Shown here: positions 35,344 through 48,082 of the stretch, in pieces
Layout: every line of letters begins with the position of its first letter
How positions within the stretch are numbered: the first letter of the stretch is position 1
NCBI RefSeq assembly: GCF_018977255.1
Contig: NW_024704742.1
Span: 126,420,001 to 126,484,000 of the forward strand
Source: Callorhinchus milii
Lineage: Eukaryota
Direction: 5' to 3'
Length of the DNA stretch: 64,000 bases
The notes under the pieces: generated by a model
Database searches by the model: none
What the model was told of the DNA's origin: nothing
What the model saw: only the letters and a program-made list of their open reading frames with translations
Made by a program: the position numbers and the translations under genes

Positions 35344-38117
35344 ACATGTTTATTGCTTTGAAAAAAGATGTTCACAATACACCTGTTTTGTAAGACAAGA
35401 ATGTGGGAAAGATTTTAAATTGCTTTTATTTGTAATATGTATGTTTGTGTGTTGGGGTGACTTGAATACTGAGTCAGCAAATAAACCTTACAGCATGTGT
35501 TCCAATATGAATTTAAATTAGTTGCTTATTCATTGAAACCAATAGGCCATGAAAGCAGAGGGGAAGTGGATTATAAAATTAGCTTCCAATGACAAGCCAG
35601 CTACTTGAAAGACAATCCAGTTGAAATAGTCACTTTTTGTGTTTGGTCTGCTCTTTCTTGAGGGCCGGGGTTTAACATCCCTGTTGAAAAGCAAACCTAA
35701 ATCTTTCTTTCAAACTAATTGGAAAAAAAACGCCTGTGGTCTTGATTTGCTGAAAATGAAATATTTCCTGTGCAAGTGTTTGAACACGTGTTTGCGTTTT
35801 ATTCCCTGTGTACTTTGTGGGAAAATCCTAGTGTGGCTGCAAAGAACATCAATGAGTTTATAAGCAACATAAAGCCACAATATCTGGAGTTCCTGTTTCA
35901 ATTAGACGTACTGGTCTTGAATGTATGTCATGAAATAAAATTAGATTCTTATGATAAAAAAATCCTTGCATTTGACATTGGAAGGATGTCTCAAAGCGCT
36001 TCACAGGACATACTGGTGGTGAGTATGTATTTTGTATTCCAGCTATATTTTAGACTTACTCTACAACAACAACAGATTTACTCTACAACAACAACAACAA
36101 CTCGTATTTACGTAAAGCCCTTCATAGGAAGTAGTTTCTCAGAGCGCTTAACAGTGGAGCCACCAAGAGAGGGGAGGTGACTGTAGGCCGGACAAAAATA
36201 AAGATCTTAAGATGTGATCTGAAGATGGGCAAAGAGGAGAGCAAGGCTATTCTTCAATTGTCCACAATTTGGTAAATTTTGAATATTTGAAGCTGGTGGT
36301 CTGTAGATTTTCAAAGAACTCACAGAAAAATGTCCATAAAAATAAGACTGTGTCTAAAGAGTTTCCAAATTCTGGCTGCACTGAAGTGCTAAGTAAATCG
36401 AGTAAATCTCGACCCAGGTGTAATTTCTTTCCTATATGTTATACCTTAGACTATATTATGTTATTAGTACAGTGCTTGCCAACTTATCCCAGAACTTCCA
36501 TTACAAAGTGCAAGAAATGAATAGACACAACCGCAAAAGTAGAGAAAATTCTTGTGAAGCAAATCAAGTGAATTGTAACAACATTAACAAATAAAAAGAC
36601 TTTCATATAGAATTAAGTCTTAAATCACTTCATTGAGACGACTGGGGCTTATAAAGGGCCATTGAATCCATGACTGTTTGTGGGACACTGCTGTGCGCAA
36701 TTGGCAGCCGCATTCCACCCACAAAATACGCATTCAATCCACTTTACAATATATTCTGTGAAGTGCTTTGTGACGTCTCAACGACATGATAAGGTGCTGT
36801 ATCAAATGCAAGATTATTATTATTATGTGGAAGGAGAGGATTGAGATATTGATCAAATGCAAAAAAAAAGATCATTTTCAAAGGTTTTAAAAGGCTGGGA
36901 GAGATTAATATTAAGGTGAAGGATCCTGGGAGAGAGAGAGAGAGTTCCAGTGAGCGAGAGCATGGTGGGTAAAAATGGTGCGATGAAGGTAGTGGGAACA
37001 AGTGGTAGATCAGACTGTAATGGAAAACGAAGACATACGTAGTAAAAGTGTGGAAATCTATTAATAACTGTAACATTGCTTTTTCTTCCTGAGGTTGTAG
37101 GTGAAGCTCAAGGGTTAATTAAATCTTTTATCAACACATGAGAGTGCAGTGCCCTTATAATGAGGGCAGCCACTACTGGTTACAGCTTATTCAGGAGAAG
37201 TCAGCCCAAATCCCTGCCTTCACAACAAAAGCCCTGAGCACAAACCAGCAGAGAATAAAAGGAATTAAAGGTGCTAGTCACCGTCATTACCAGTAAATGC
37301 AAAGTCAACATAAAATGCCATCTTGAAAGAGAACCTCCTCTATTTATTACTGAACAAACTGTGAAGTAATTGAAAAGGCATGTCAATCAGAAGTTCAGAT
37401 GGGAAAACCTCACTGAGGTTTCAGTCAGTTCCCAGGCACCACTTGAATGCTACTTTTAAGAGAAAGTATAATTGCATTGCATTGAAATTTACTTGAACAT
37501 GATGATCATTTCTTCAAATAAATAATATGCATCCCAACAGAAGCGACTTTTTAAAAAAAAACTGACCCAGTTATAAGAAGTCCTTGTTCTGGGCACTGCA
37601 CACACATACTGCAGGTCTCCATCACTTACACTGGCTGCACTTTATTCTCACCGTGACTAAATTACCGGTTCCCTTTCACAAGGACATTCGCTCAGTATTG
37701 CCAATATACACATCCGGATAAGGTATCAGCCATTCACACACTCTTACAACAACCTGCCTGTTCATTCAGGGATGACTGGAGCTGGCTAGTCATCTGCACA
37801 AAGTGGATCATTTCTGCCTTCAGCTTCAAAAAAGCAAAGTAGCTTCCAATATAAAAAACACACAATTGTGTACAGAATTTCTGTGATTTTTTNAAAGAAA
37901 ACAATAATTGCAAATAAATATTTCCCCTTGTTTCCATTGGGAAACTACACGGAGACTACGAAACAAAATCTTTCCCAGGTTTGATTTGGTTGGGATTCTC
38001 AGATTTCTCTGCAGAGCTATACCGTCAGAAACCTGGGAGACCTTGCTATAAATACCTGGGATTTAGGTAGCGATATAAAACCTGATGTCGGTGAATTTAC
38101 ACATGATATAAAGATTA

Positions 38118-38493
38118 TGGAGTCCTGTAGATTAGTGGTCAGACCATTCACCTCGCAAACTCTAACCGCTAATCTACAGGACTCCACAGGTTTGATTCCC
38201 AGGCAGGGTGAAACATTAAGCAAGTTTTGTACTCCACACGCCTCTGTTTACCTAGTAGTAAGTAGGAGCCTGGTTGTTAGTCGATTGGCGGATCGCTTTT
38301 CCCGGGGCAATAATAATAATTTGGTTCACTCAATCCATGACTGTTTGTGGGACACAACTGTGCACAATTGGCTGCTGTGTTTTGCCCACAAAATATACAG
38401 ACGATTCACTTTACAGTATTTTCTGTGAAGCATTTTGAGATGTCTTGAAGACATGATAAGCGTTTTATCAAATGCAAGGATTATTATTATTAT
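38118..38493 (+). mobile_element. Full-length tRNA-headed SINE (long variant) with an inverted duplication of its 5' end
   Basis: ggagtcctgtagattagtggtcaga head, B box ggtttgattcc, CORE-like gcctctgtttacctagtagtaagtagg segment, shared tail ending (TTA)n. Confidence 0.85.
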
Positions 38494-39499
38494 TTATCAT
38501 TACACAGCATATGTTCATGTCATTAAGACGTTTAACAGCACTTCACAGTGAATGGTTGCTAGGGTGCCAATTGGAATAGAGTTGATTGGGGCATTTACAA
38601 AAGGATTGGACAAGCACATGAAGAGGAAAGGTATTTGATGGTACAGGGAAAGAGCACCGAATAGGGATTAAATGGATGGCTTCTTGGAGCAGTAATCACC
38701 GACACGAAAAAAAGCTGCATTGACATGCTGCAGCAGTTGGGGTTGGAGGGGAATTGGTTTGGGGATCTTGAGCAGAAGTAACACTTCACAGCAATAAAAT
38801 TCCACCAGTGTCAAGATTGAACTGAATAACGTAGCGTTTTAAAGCATCCTGAAATTGGCAAATTCTTAAACACAGCCTCAAATTTAAGCTGATTTTCTGT
38901 AAGTTTCTACAGACTGAATTCAACAATTCGTGAAATTCTGGACGCTCTGAAATACCAAATTAATGAAGAGCTGAAATATTATATTAATGGAGTAAATGTA
39001 TACTGAGGTGGAATGTCACCCCACACCTGAGGGGTGGCTGAGGTGAAAACCCAGCGGATAACCTTTATCACTTCACTGCAACACTTCAAACCTATAAACC
39101 TGATCATCTGCCCACCCTCTCCATCGGGAATGGGGTGTGGCACAGGAAGAAACTAGTTAAGAGGAATTTTGTATTATTGGACAAATTTGGTTTATGTCGA
39201 AAATTACCTGCATACTTTTGCTCTGAATCACTTGCCTGCACCTGAAGATGACAAAAGAAACAACTCAAGATGATTTCATTCTGCACACCATTCATTAAAG
39301 CTTTTCTGATACTGATAAGGGCCATATGGGCAGTTTGGGTGCTGATGTAATTGCTCTACGGGATGTCAGATGAGTGTAATTGCCATTCATAGTCACACAA
39401 AGCTCCGCAGGCAGGTTAGAGCACAGGGTGTGATTGAATGATATTTTTTATCTTTATCGGTATTGATAACATCAAAAGGTCTCAAGATGTGCAGCAATT

Positions 39500-40120
39500 C
39501 AACCATTTTGCACACAGCAAGTTCCCATAAACAGCAACAACATGACTAATCTGAGGAATTGTCAGCTACGACCGACTCTCTTCTCTTTTTGAATAGTGTG
39601 TCCTCAGATCTTTAATGACTCTGAGCTTAAGTCTCCCAATTGGGGACTTGAACACACAACCTTCTGACCCCCAAGTAAGTGTGCTACTATCTGATCCAAG
39701 CCAATCACAATGACGCATATTTTTACGAAATAGTAAAAGCGACAATCCTAGCATTTGCTATAGTGCATTACCACATCGCAATGTCTCAAAGCACTTCACA
39801 GGATTTTACTGTGAAGTGTAATGACTCTGTATTTGTAGGCAAATGCACAAACCAATTTGCATACAGCAAGCATCCATGAAGTGAATGAGCAACTTTATGT
39901 GGAGGATTGTTGGCCAGGACACAGGGAGAAACTCCTTTCACTTTTTGCATAGTGCCATGTGATCTTTAACAACCACCTGACAGGCAGACCGGACCTTGGT
40001 GTAATATCTTATCCGAAGGACAGCATCTCCAACACTGCTGCCACCCCCAGGCCTGCACTTGAGCATTGGTCTAGTTTTTGAGCTCAAAGTTTCACCAATA
40101 GGGTTTGAGCTCATAACCTA
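39500..40120 (-). mobile_element. Two adjacent Deu-type SINE copies
   Basis: About 39500-39705 (internally deleted) and 39745-40120, with Deu motifs gtgccatgtgatcttta and cttatccgaaggacagcatctcc. Confidence 0.7.
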
Positions 40121-40640
40121 GCACACCATCATCCCAATACTTGCCAAGCTCCACTGGCTTTCTGCCTCCTAACGTATCCCATTTTAAGGTCCTCACCCTC
40201 ATACATAGATTTAATAATAATAATAATCCTTGCATTTGATATAACGCTTTTCACAAAGCGCTTTATCAAATGCAAGGATTATTATTATTATTATTATTCT
40301 GTGGGCAAAACACAGCAGCCAATTGTGCACAGTTTAGTGCCTGCTTTTCACAAAGCGCTTCACAGAATATGCTGTAAAGTGAATCTACTCTATATTTGTG
40401 GGCAAAATATTTATTTATTTATTCATATCCTAGCACCTCCATATCTCTCTGATCTGCTTGTACCTTACTCCTCTGCTTGGTACCTCCATTCAGCTAACAC
40501 AGGTCTTCTATGCATCTCCTCCAGGTCACCTTCACTGGCCAAGCCTTCAGTCACTATGCCCCTAACATCTGGAACTTCCTGCTTCTATCACTCCACCTTC
40601 TACCACTATCTTACATGAAACGTGCTGTATAAATGCAAGC
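40120..40640 (+). mobile_element. L2 3' fragment interrupted by rearranged SINE pieces (about 40213-40410)
   Basis: LHWL..FKVLTL motif before the insert and LAPPYLSDLL after it. Confidence 0.75.
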
Positions 40641-41764
40641 AAATGCGAGATGCCGTCAAGTGTGAAGGGCATTATATAAATGCAAGTAGTTGTTTTAGTG
40701 ACTTCTGACTCAGAAGTAAGAGTGCTACCAACTGAGCCTCTGGGTTGAGCTTGAATGTGCCATAAAGCAGGAGGAACTGCATCATGAAATCCATATTAAT
40801 CATGTTTCTTTGTTGATAAAACTGGAATAAGCTCATCGAATGAATCAACACTTTTTTGTTCAAAATCTGTATGGAATTGTTTAGTGTCTATCAGTCAAAT
40901 TGATTCCTGTTTCCTATTTTCCTTGCTGGAGGGAAGAAAGTATTTGCTTACAGGATAATGATAAATTATTATTATTATTTTCCTTGCTGGAGGGAAATAA
41001 GCTATTGATACAGGATGGATACTCAAATGACAATAGACTACCTCCGCAAAATGACTTGTAGCTTAGTCATGTATAGCCTTAGTCACGTACAGAGTAAATG
41101 CAATGCCACAGATGTTTAATGAAACGGAATCTCAAACAGCATTTGTAATGTAATTGGATAAATACTTAAGGATATGGGATTAGGGCAGGAGAATATGGTT
41201 AGAATTAATAGTTCCAATAAAGGAGCTTACATCAGCACAGACACGATGGGCCGAATGGTTGGGAGGTCCTCCCAACGTGAAAGGCGCTATATAAATGTAA
41301 TTTTGTTGCTGTTGCTGTGCTATAAGCATTCTATGAGTCACTATGATTCTAAAAGGGATTATAATATATGCTTATAGATTGAAAAGGCCAAAAAGTATGA
41401 TGTGGGAAGTGGGGTGGAAAAAGGTTACCAGATCCATAATTAAATATCTTTCTCTTTTTATCAAACTGGAATAAGAAGAGCCCACCAAACAAATCAACAT
41501 TTGTTTTTGTTTCTAATCTGTGTGGAATTTTTTAGAGTAACAAATGAAATGTCTTTGGTGACACAACAGCCTCTCTAGCACATGCTTTTCTTGTAATTTA
41601 CTGAAGGTCACTGGCAGATCACAAAGTTGCAGAGAGCTCAGTTTGCCAAAGACTATATTAAATCGCAATTTTCTGCTCCACTGCAACGCAGTTTGTGTTC
41701 AAACCAAGAAAACGGATGTGAACAAATTAAATCAACTTTGTTGCAGCCTCACATCCAGTCACAC

Positions 41765-42015
41765 ATCTGCCTGTTCAGGTGGACATTAAAGATCCCATAG
41801 CACTTCCCTGGGATCAGGAGATGGGAGTTGCTCCCAGTGCCCTGGGCAACAATCCTCCAGGTAAAATAGCTCATTGACTTTCTGGCTGTTTGTGGGACAT
41901 TGTTGTACGCAAATGGGCTACTGCGTTTGCCTTCAAAATACACAGTGAATCCTTTGAAGTGCTTTGAGACATCCTCCTGACATGATAGGCGCTATACCAA
42001 GACATGTATTATTAT
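41765..42015 (+). mobile_element. Deu-domain SINE, 5'-truncated
   Basis: caggtggacattaaagatcccatagcact...ccagtgccctgggcaac plus shared tail. Confidence 0.8.
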
Positions 42016-42124
42016 TTATCATAAACTGCAAATGACATTCAGCAGCAGCATTGGAATAGGATGAATGGAAATGGTATTTCGAGCTGTGCCCTGCACAGTA
42101 AAAGGGAATGGGCGCCCTCAAGTG

Positions 42125-42385
42125 ATAGAATCAAAGAATCTTATTGTTAGAAGGAGGTCATTCGGCCCATCGTGCCTGTGCCAGCTCTTTGAAAGATCTA
42201 CCCAATCAGTCTCGCTCCCCCGCTCTTTCCCTATCGTCTTGCAAATTTTTCCTTTTCAAGTATATATCCAACACCCTTTAGAAAGCAATTATTGAATCTG
42301 CTTCCACCACCCTTTCAGGCAGTGCATTCCAGATCATAACAACTCGCTGCGTATTAACAAAAATTTCTCCTCAACTCCCCGCTAG
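42125..42385 (-). mobile_element. CR1 LINE 3' fragment
   Basis: atagaatc tail, ttcggcccatcgtgcctgtgccagctctttg, ttcaggcagtgcattccagat. Confidence 0.85.
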
Positions 42386-43682
42386 GAGATGCACCTATCT
42401 ATTCTATTGGACAAATGCACCTATTTATTCTATTGGACATCCTCCTGACATGAAAGGCGCTATATAAATGCAATTTTTTATTGTTGTATCAGGTTATCGG
42501 ACCTAAATAACAAAATCAATTACATTTATATAGCACCTTTCATGTCAAGAAGACATCTCAAAGCATTTCCCACATTTGTCTAGGAGTCTGATGCGTTATT
42601 TGGAAAGTGTGACGTTTTTCTACATATGTTTTTCTCCTTTTGTTCTTAAAAGAGCTGCAGAAAGCCAGCTCTGAGTTTTAAGCCTGAATTTTGAAAAAAT
42701 TCAAAAAATTCAAAATTATAAAACTTATGATTTCAAAGCTGAGACCTTGAGGTATTTCAGTCCTTCAAATACAACTGAATTTTTTTTGCAATGTCTCTAT
42801 TTTTAAACAATAAATGACAGTGTGACATTAAGACCAAATACAGGGTGATATCTACCCTATTATCTAAATAAATATATATCATTATTTCCTTAAGACTTAT
42901 TAGACATTGTAATGGTATCATGACTTTTTGGTCACCCTGTATAACTTGACATGTTTGTTCAAAAAAATTTAAACTGGGAATGAAGTACTGGTAATCTTCT
43001 CCCATTGTCTGATTCTCTTTGCCATTCACAGGGAAACTAGTTTTACTTTCTGTTTGACCATCACCCCAGGGTAAAAATCTGACAAAAATCAGATAGTGAC
43101 CACCCTGCCCAGAGCACAATCAAACCTTGTATTCTTTGACTGAACTTTGATATTTGAACCATGTTATTTCCTTTGAATAGTACAGGGATGGTTTTAAATG
43201 GAAACGTTAAATGTACCCCCACTGTATGTAACATGAAACATCTCATGACTAGCCCTGAACGTTACTTGTTCAAAACTACTGCCCAATTATCAGTTTGATC
43301 AAGTTGGTGGGAAAGGATATAGGATGAGTCTGTTCACTGTACATCTCCAGTCCTATTTTAAGATAGGCAGAAATATACTTCTCATCGCTCTCCCGAAGAA
43401 CTGTGTCCAAACAACATGACCCCTAAGGGCCCACATGATTGAACTTTAAGGACAGGTTCCCCCAATATTTTCCAATGCTTTGCATCATGTGTAGGCAATA
43501 AAGGTGCAGTCTCCTAACACAAACTCCAAATCAAAGTTAGACAAGGTAGACAATTGGAGTCACCACCATATTAAACATCTATTTGTCAGTCTTTCAATTG
43601 TTTACAAGTTTGTTTGTCAAGCACTCTGGGAAACTACCCTGCGTGAGGGTCGCTATTAAAATGCAAGTTATTGTTGTTATTT

Positions 43683-43805
43683 GGTCAACCAGGTGTCTGA
43701 CACGTGTGGAAACTATTACCATTCTTAAGAATATGTAAACCAAACTGAGAGTTCTATGCATCCCACCTACAAACAGTGTTTGCAAGCAGAATGATGCAAA
43801 ATGTG
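43683..43805 (-). repeat. Unclassified repeat, copy 4 (short)
   Basis: ggtcaaccaggtgtctgacacgtgtggaaac...aaaccaaactgagagttc. Confidence 0.65.
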
Positions 43806-44875
43806 CCGTCGGGATTAAAGTGACACTTAATTCCCTTTTTAAACAGAGAAAAGGTTTAGCACAAATTTGTTTCATGAAGAGAGTGCCCCTTTAAACCCTG
43901 AACTGATATGATCCAAAAAAAATTATTTTTCACATCCTTTACTTTTTTTCCATCAGCTCTGCCGAAATGCCTTTATTCTTTCGCACACAACCACAAGCAG
44001 GTGGCTTCTTTCATGCTTCACCTTCATCTATTCTTCAAAGTATTTTGCAGTAACAAAGCACCGGCCTGTGTATTTTTTTCTGTCAGGTTAATAAGAAAAG
44101 GAGAACAATGTAATTGCTGAACCATTCATAAAAAATTAATAAGGTACTTTTGGTCACTGTGCAGGCTCCCTGTTAAACATGGTCACAGAGGTAGCAGCAA
44201 AGCTTTGTGTTCGATTTCAAAGGTATTTGGATCTTTGTTACAATATAATTGTATTATGTGCTTTTCAGCTCCTAGCACAGTTAGACAACAAGGGGGGTGG
44301 AAACCACATCAAAGCATCCGGGACTAAGAAGCCAGGACTAAGAAGCCAGGACAAGTGCTTTTAATACTGTGAAGTGTATCTGATTTTCCAATCTGGAGCA
44401 TCAGAAATGATGTATCATTGCTGAGGTAAAAGAGGTCAGAATAGTCAGAGATGAGTTTTGTACTTGTGATCACTGAGCACTTCGGACTTCTCATGCTATC
44501 CCTTTGTTTCATGGAGACTGCTTACCTTTGATCGCAAAGGATTTAAAAATCTCCCAGCATCTTCAGTCATCTAATTTCACCTTCCTTCCCTTTTACACTT
44601 ATGTTCTTGAACCTGAGGGTTGGGCGGGGGAAGCTATTAATTTACATCACCAAAGATAGGGAGAAATATGATATGTTTGGAAACACACAAGCTTTTGGAA
44701 AGAGCTCTCCCATATCTCTCTCTCTCTCACAACATTTTTAAATCTGACACAGCAAAACAAGATATGAATTAATAAACAGCTACTATGAAGTCACTTTGCA
44801 ACATATAATTATTTTAGATTTGACAGTAGCTTACCTAATTTATGTATAGATTATATTTTTTATTTATATATAGGT

Positions 44876-45177
44876 GAAGTCCTGTAGCTCAGTGGTTAGA
44901 GCACTCACTTCGCAAGCGAGAGACCTGGATTCAATTTCCGGCAGGGCAAAACCTTGGGCAAGTTTCCTTATTCTACACGCCTGATAATCCCTCAAGAAAT
45001 AAAAAAAATTTGGTCACTTCAATCCACAACTGTTTGTGGGACACTGCTCAGCGGAATTGGCTGCCACATTTCGCCCACAAATATGCAGTCAATTCACTTT
45101 ACAGTATATTCTGTGAAGCGCCTTGAGACGTCTAGAAGTCGTGAAAAGCGCTATATCAAATGCAAGGAGTATTATTA
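44876..45177 (+). mobile_element. Full-length tRNA(Ala)-like SINE, short variant
   Basis: gaagtcctgtagctcagtggttagagcactcacttcgcaagcgagagacctggattcaatttccgg head (A and B boxes, CGC in the anticodon position), ccttgggcaagtttcc, shared L2-type tail. Confidence 0.88.
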
Positions 45178-46296
45178 GATTAAACCATTGCCAAATACAG
45201 CACATTAGTGACCTACAAGAATACCCAATGTGTAGGTGTTCTGTTGTTTGAATTTACAAACACAAACAAGAACTTTCATGATCTTATAACTGTGTATATT
45301 AAGCTAAATTACCAAACTTAGTGCAGTTTCCTTTATGAGCAAATGCTTTTATAAATGATTTCTTAGACACACTAATAATGGTAGTGACTGTCATATCTTT
45401 ATTTGTCCAATTTTTGAAGCCCTTCAAGGAATTGACCTTCCTTGAAGATTGTTCCCAGGCAGCTATTATTCTCTCTTCTTTGTACTCCCATAAATGAATG
45501 GCTCCAAAGCAAAACAAAAACATAATCTGTAAAGTCAGAGCTTCGTAAACAACTTTGGACAGCACTTAGGCTATTTTAGCCCACAATCTGACCAGAGAGA
45601 GTGTTTAATACCTGATTATCCTATCTGTTTCAGACATGTGTATTTCTTTCAAGGGCTTTCACTGATTGTATGAATATAATTAAGGAATGCTTTAAGCAAT
45701 GCTCAGTATTCAACATTATTCGTGGAGGCATTGCTAACACTTGTTGGACAATACAGAATGGTGTGTGGTCTTTTGTTAAAGGTTTTATTAGTAAATGTTA
45801 GTAACTACTGTGTACCAAGCTGTATTGGCCCTGTCTGTCATTTGTATATTATAGTCAGCACAGTCATTATGTATCTATTATAACAATCCACGTATTTTTA
45901 TCCACAGAATAAATTAGCATTGTGCCAAATGTTTATGTCAAATTCGGTGTTGAAATTGCAAAACACAATAGGATTTAAATTGTTTCAAAATCTGTCTTGG
46001 AAAGGTATATTCCTCTTAGCATTGATATATGAATAAGACATATACAGGGCAACCCCAATAAAACACAGTCTTATTGAGCAAAGCTTCACTCAGAGCACAG
46101 GTCTACTGTGGACCCACACGAACTGGGAGAGCGGTAAACCTGGCTTCCAGTGCTGAATAGCTGGCTTTATGCGCTAAAAAATGTCTGACTTCTGGGTGGT
46201 CAGGTCACCACTGATGTCACTTCATGTTTGTTGTACGCTACGCATAGGAAACATCAGTGATGTCACTTCCTCCACTTTGCACTTACATTATGAAGT

Positions 46297-47230
46297 AACA
46301 ATTTCCAAGTTTGCATATAATACTAAGTTAGGAAAAGTAGTAAACGGCGAGGAGGAGAGTAGCAGTGTGCGAGGGGACATAGTAAAATGGTAAGATGGGC
46401 GGACACGTGGCAGATGAAGTTTAATGGGGAGAAATGCGAAGCGCTGCATTTTGGGAGGAAGAATGAGGAGAGGCGATATAAGCTGATGGTACAATCTTAA
46501 AGGGGGTGAAGGAACAGAGAGACCTGGGGGGTTGTATAAGTAAATCTTTGAAGGTGGCAGTGCAGGTAGATAAAGCTGTTAAAAAAGCATATGGGATACT
46601 AGGCTTTATAAATAGGGGCATAGAATACATAAGTCAGGAAGTTATGATGAATCTTTATAAAACACTGGTTAGGCCTCAGTGAGAGACTGGGTTCAGTTCT
46701 GGGTACCAGACTTTAGGAAGGATATCAAGGCATTGGAGAGGGTGCAAAGGAGATTTACCAGGATGGTACCAGGAATGAGGGACTTCGGTTATCAGGAGAG
46801 GCTGGAGAAGCTGGGATTATTCTCCTTGGAGCAGAGAAAGTTAAGAGGAGACTTAATAGAAGTTTTCAAAATTATAAGCGGATTTGATAGGGTGAACAAG
46901 GAGAAACTATTCCCACTGGCGGGTGAGTCAGTAAACCGAGGACACCGATTTAANGTTGTTAAAAGAAACAGAGGGGAGGTGAAGAGAAAGTTTTTCACCA
47001 GTGAGTTGTTTGGATTTGGAATGCATTGCCTGAAAGGATGGTGGAAGCTGATTCGATAACAATTCTTAAGAGAAGTAGATAATTATTTTGGGAGGACAAG
47101 TTTGCAGGGCTATGGGAAGAGCGCGGGCGAGAGGGATTGATTTGGATAGCTCTTTTCATAGTCAGCACGGACACGATGGGATGAATGGCCTCCTTCTGTG
47201 CTGTATAATTCTATGATTCTATGATTCTAT
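46297..47230 (+). mobile_element. CR1 LINE 3' ~930 bp (RT C-terminal part, disrupted)
   Basis: ISKFAYNTKLG (degenerate FADD motif), VQFWVP..KDIKALERVQRRFTRM, LGLFSLEQRKLRGDLIEVFKI; (TTCTATGA)n tail; TATGAAGT at both ends (46289-46296, 47228-47235). Confidence 0.93.
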
Positions 47231-47596
47231 GAAGTGACATCAGTGGCATTCCACCTGAACAGACAGATGATTTAACATTACATCCAAAGAGATGGCACCT
47301 CCAACAATGCATGAGCTCAAAGTTGTTGAATCTTCTGACTCAAAGGCTATCAACTGAACCAGGGTAACACCAGTTATTTATCGATAATACCGATAGTATC
47401 AATAATACTCATCTGTGAGAGTAAGGAATAATCCCTATTTATATAAGGTAATAAATCACCATGGCAAATATGATACTGTCACCAAAGAATAATAGATCAG
47501 CATCTAGTGACTTATATATTTGATAGATAACGGATAAGGATCCCAAATAAGACAGCGATTCATCAAATTGTTTATATTTGTTCGTTTGGGGTGAAA

Positions 47597-48082
47597 ACGC
47601 CAAAATCATTCAAAACTCTGCCACCCGCATGAAACTCTGCTCCCCGATCACCCCAGTCCTTGCCAGACTGCACTGGTTCCCTATCCCAGAGAGGATCGCT
47701 TTCAAGATCCTCACCCTTGTATTCAAGTCCCTGCACTCCTCTGCACCCCCCTACCTCTCTGACCTCTCTCCTCAAAACAGTACCTGTTAACTTCGTTCCT
47801 CCGGGTCTGGCCTCCTCCTCGTCCTCATTTCCACCCTCAGCAGCCGTGCCTTCAGCCATTGTGCCCCGAGGCTCTGGAACTGCCTTCCTCACTCCCTTCG
47901 TCTAGCTCCCTCCCTTCCCATTTTTATGTCTCTGCTGAAGACCTTTCTCTTCGACCGCGCCTTTGGTCAGCTTCTTCCCGCTCCCCTTGGCTCGGTCCCG
48001 GGATCCTTTACTGTAAAGCACTCTGAGACACCGTCCGGCGTGGAGGGCGCTATATAAATCCAAGTTGTTGTTGTTGTTGTTA
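47597..48082 (+). mobile_element. L2-clade LINE 3' fragment
   Basis: IIQNSA..ITPVLARLHWFPIPERIAFKILTLVFKSLH..APPYLSDL; tail gggcgctatataaatccaag(ttg)n. Confidence 0.92.

Noticed and set aside
42389..42439. Short tandem duplications (25 bp here; 14 bp near 44321; 16 bp near 32310)
   Set aside because: Real, but ordinary slippage or repair products with no sign of function.
44876..44945. tRNA-Ala gene
   Set aside because: The tRNA-like sequence runs straight into SINE body and tail, has a damaged B box and lacks a proper acceptor stem; it is a SINE head.
46679..47059. 126-aa ORF as a functional reverse transcriptase
   Set aside because: CR1 remnant with frameshifts and stops; the catalytic FADD motif reads FAYN.
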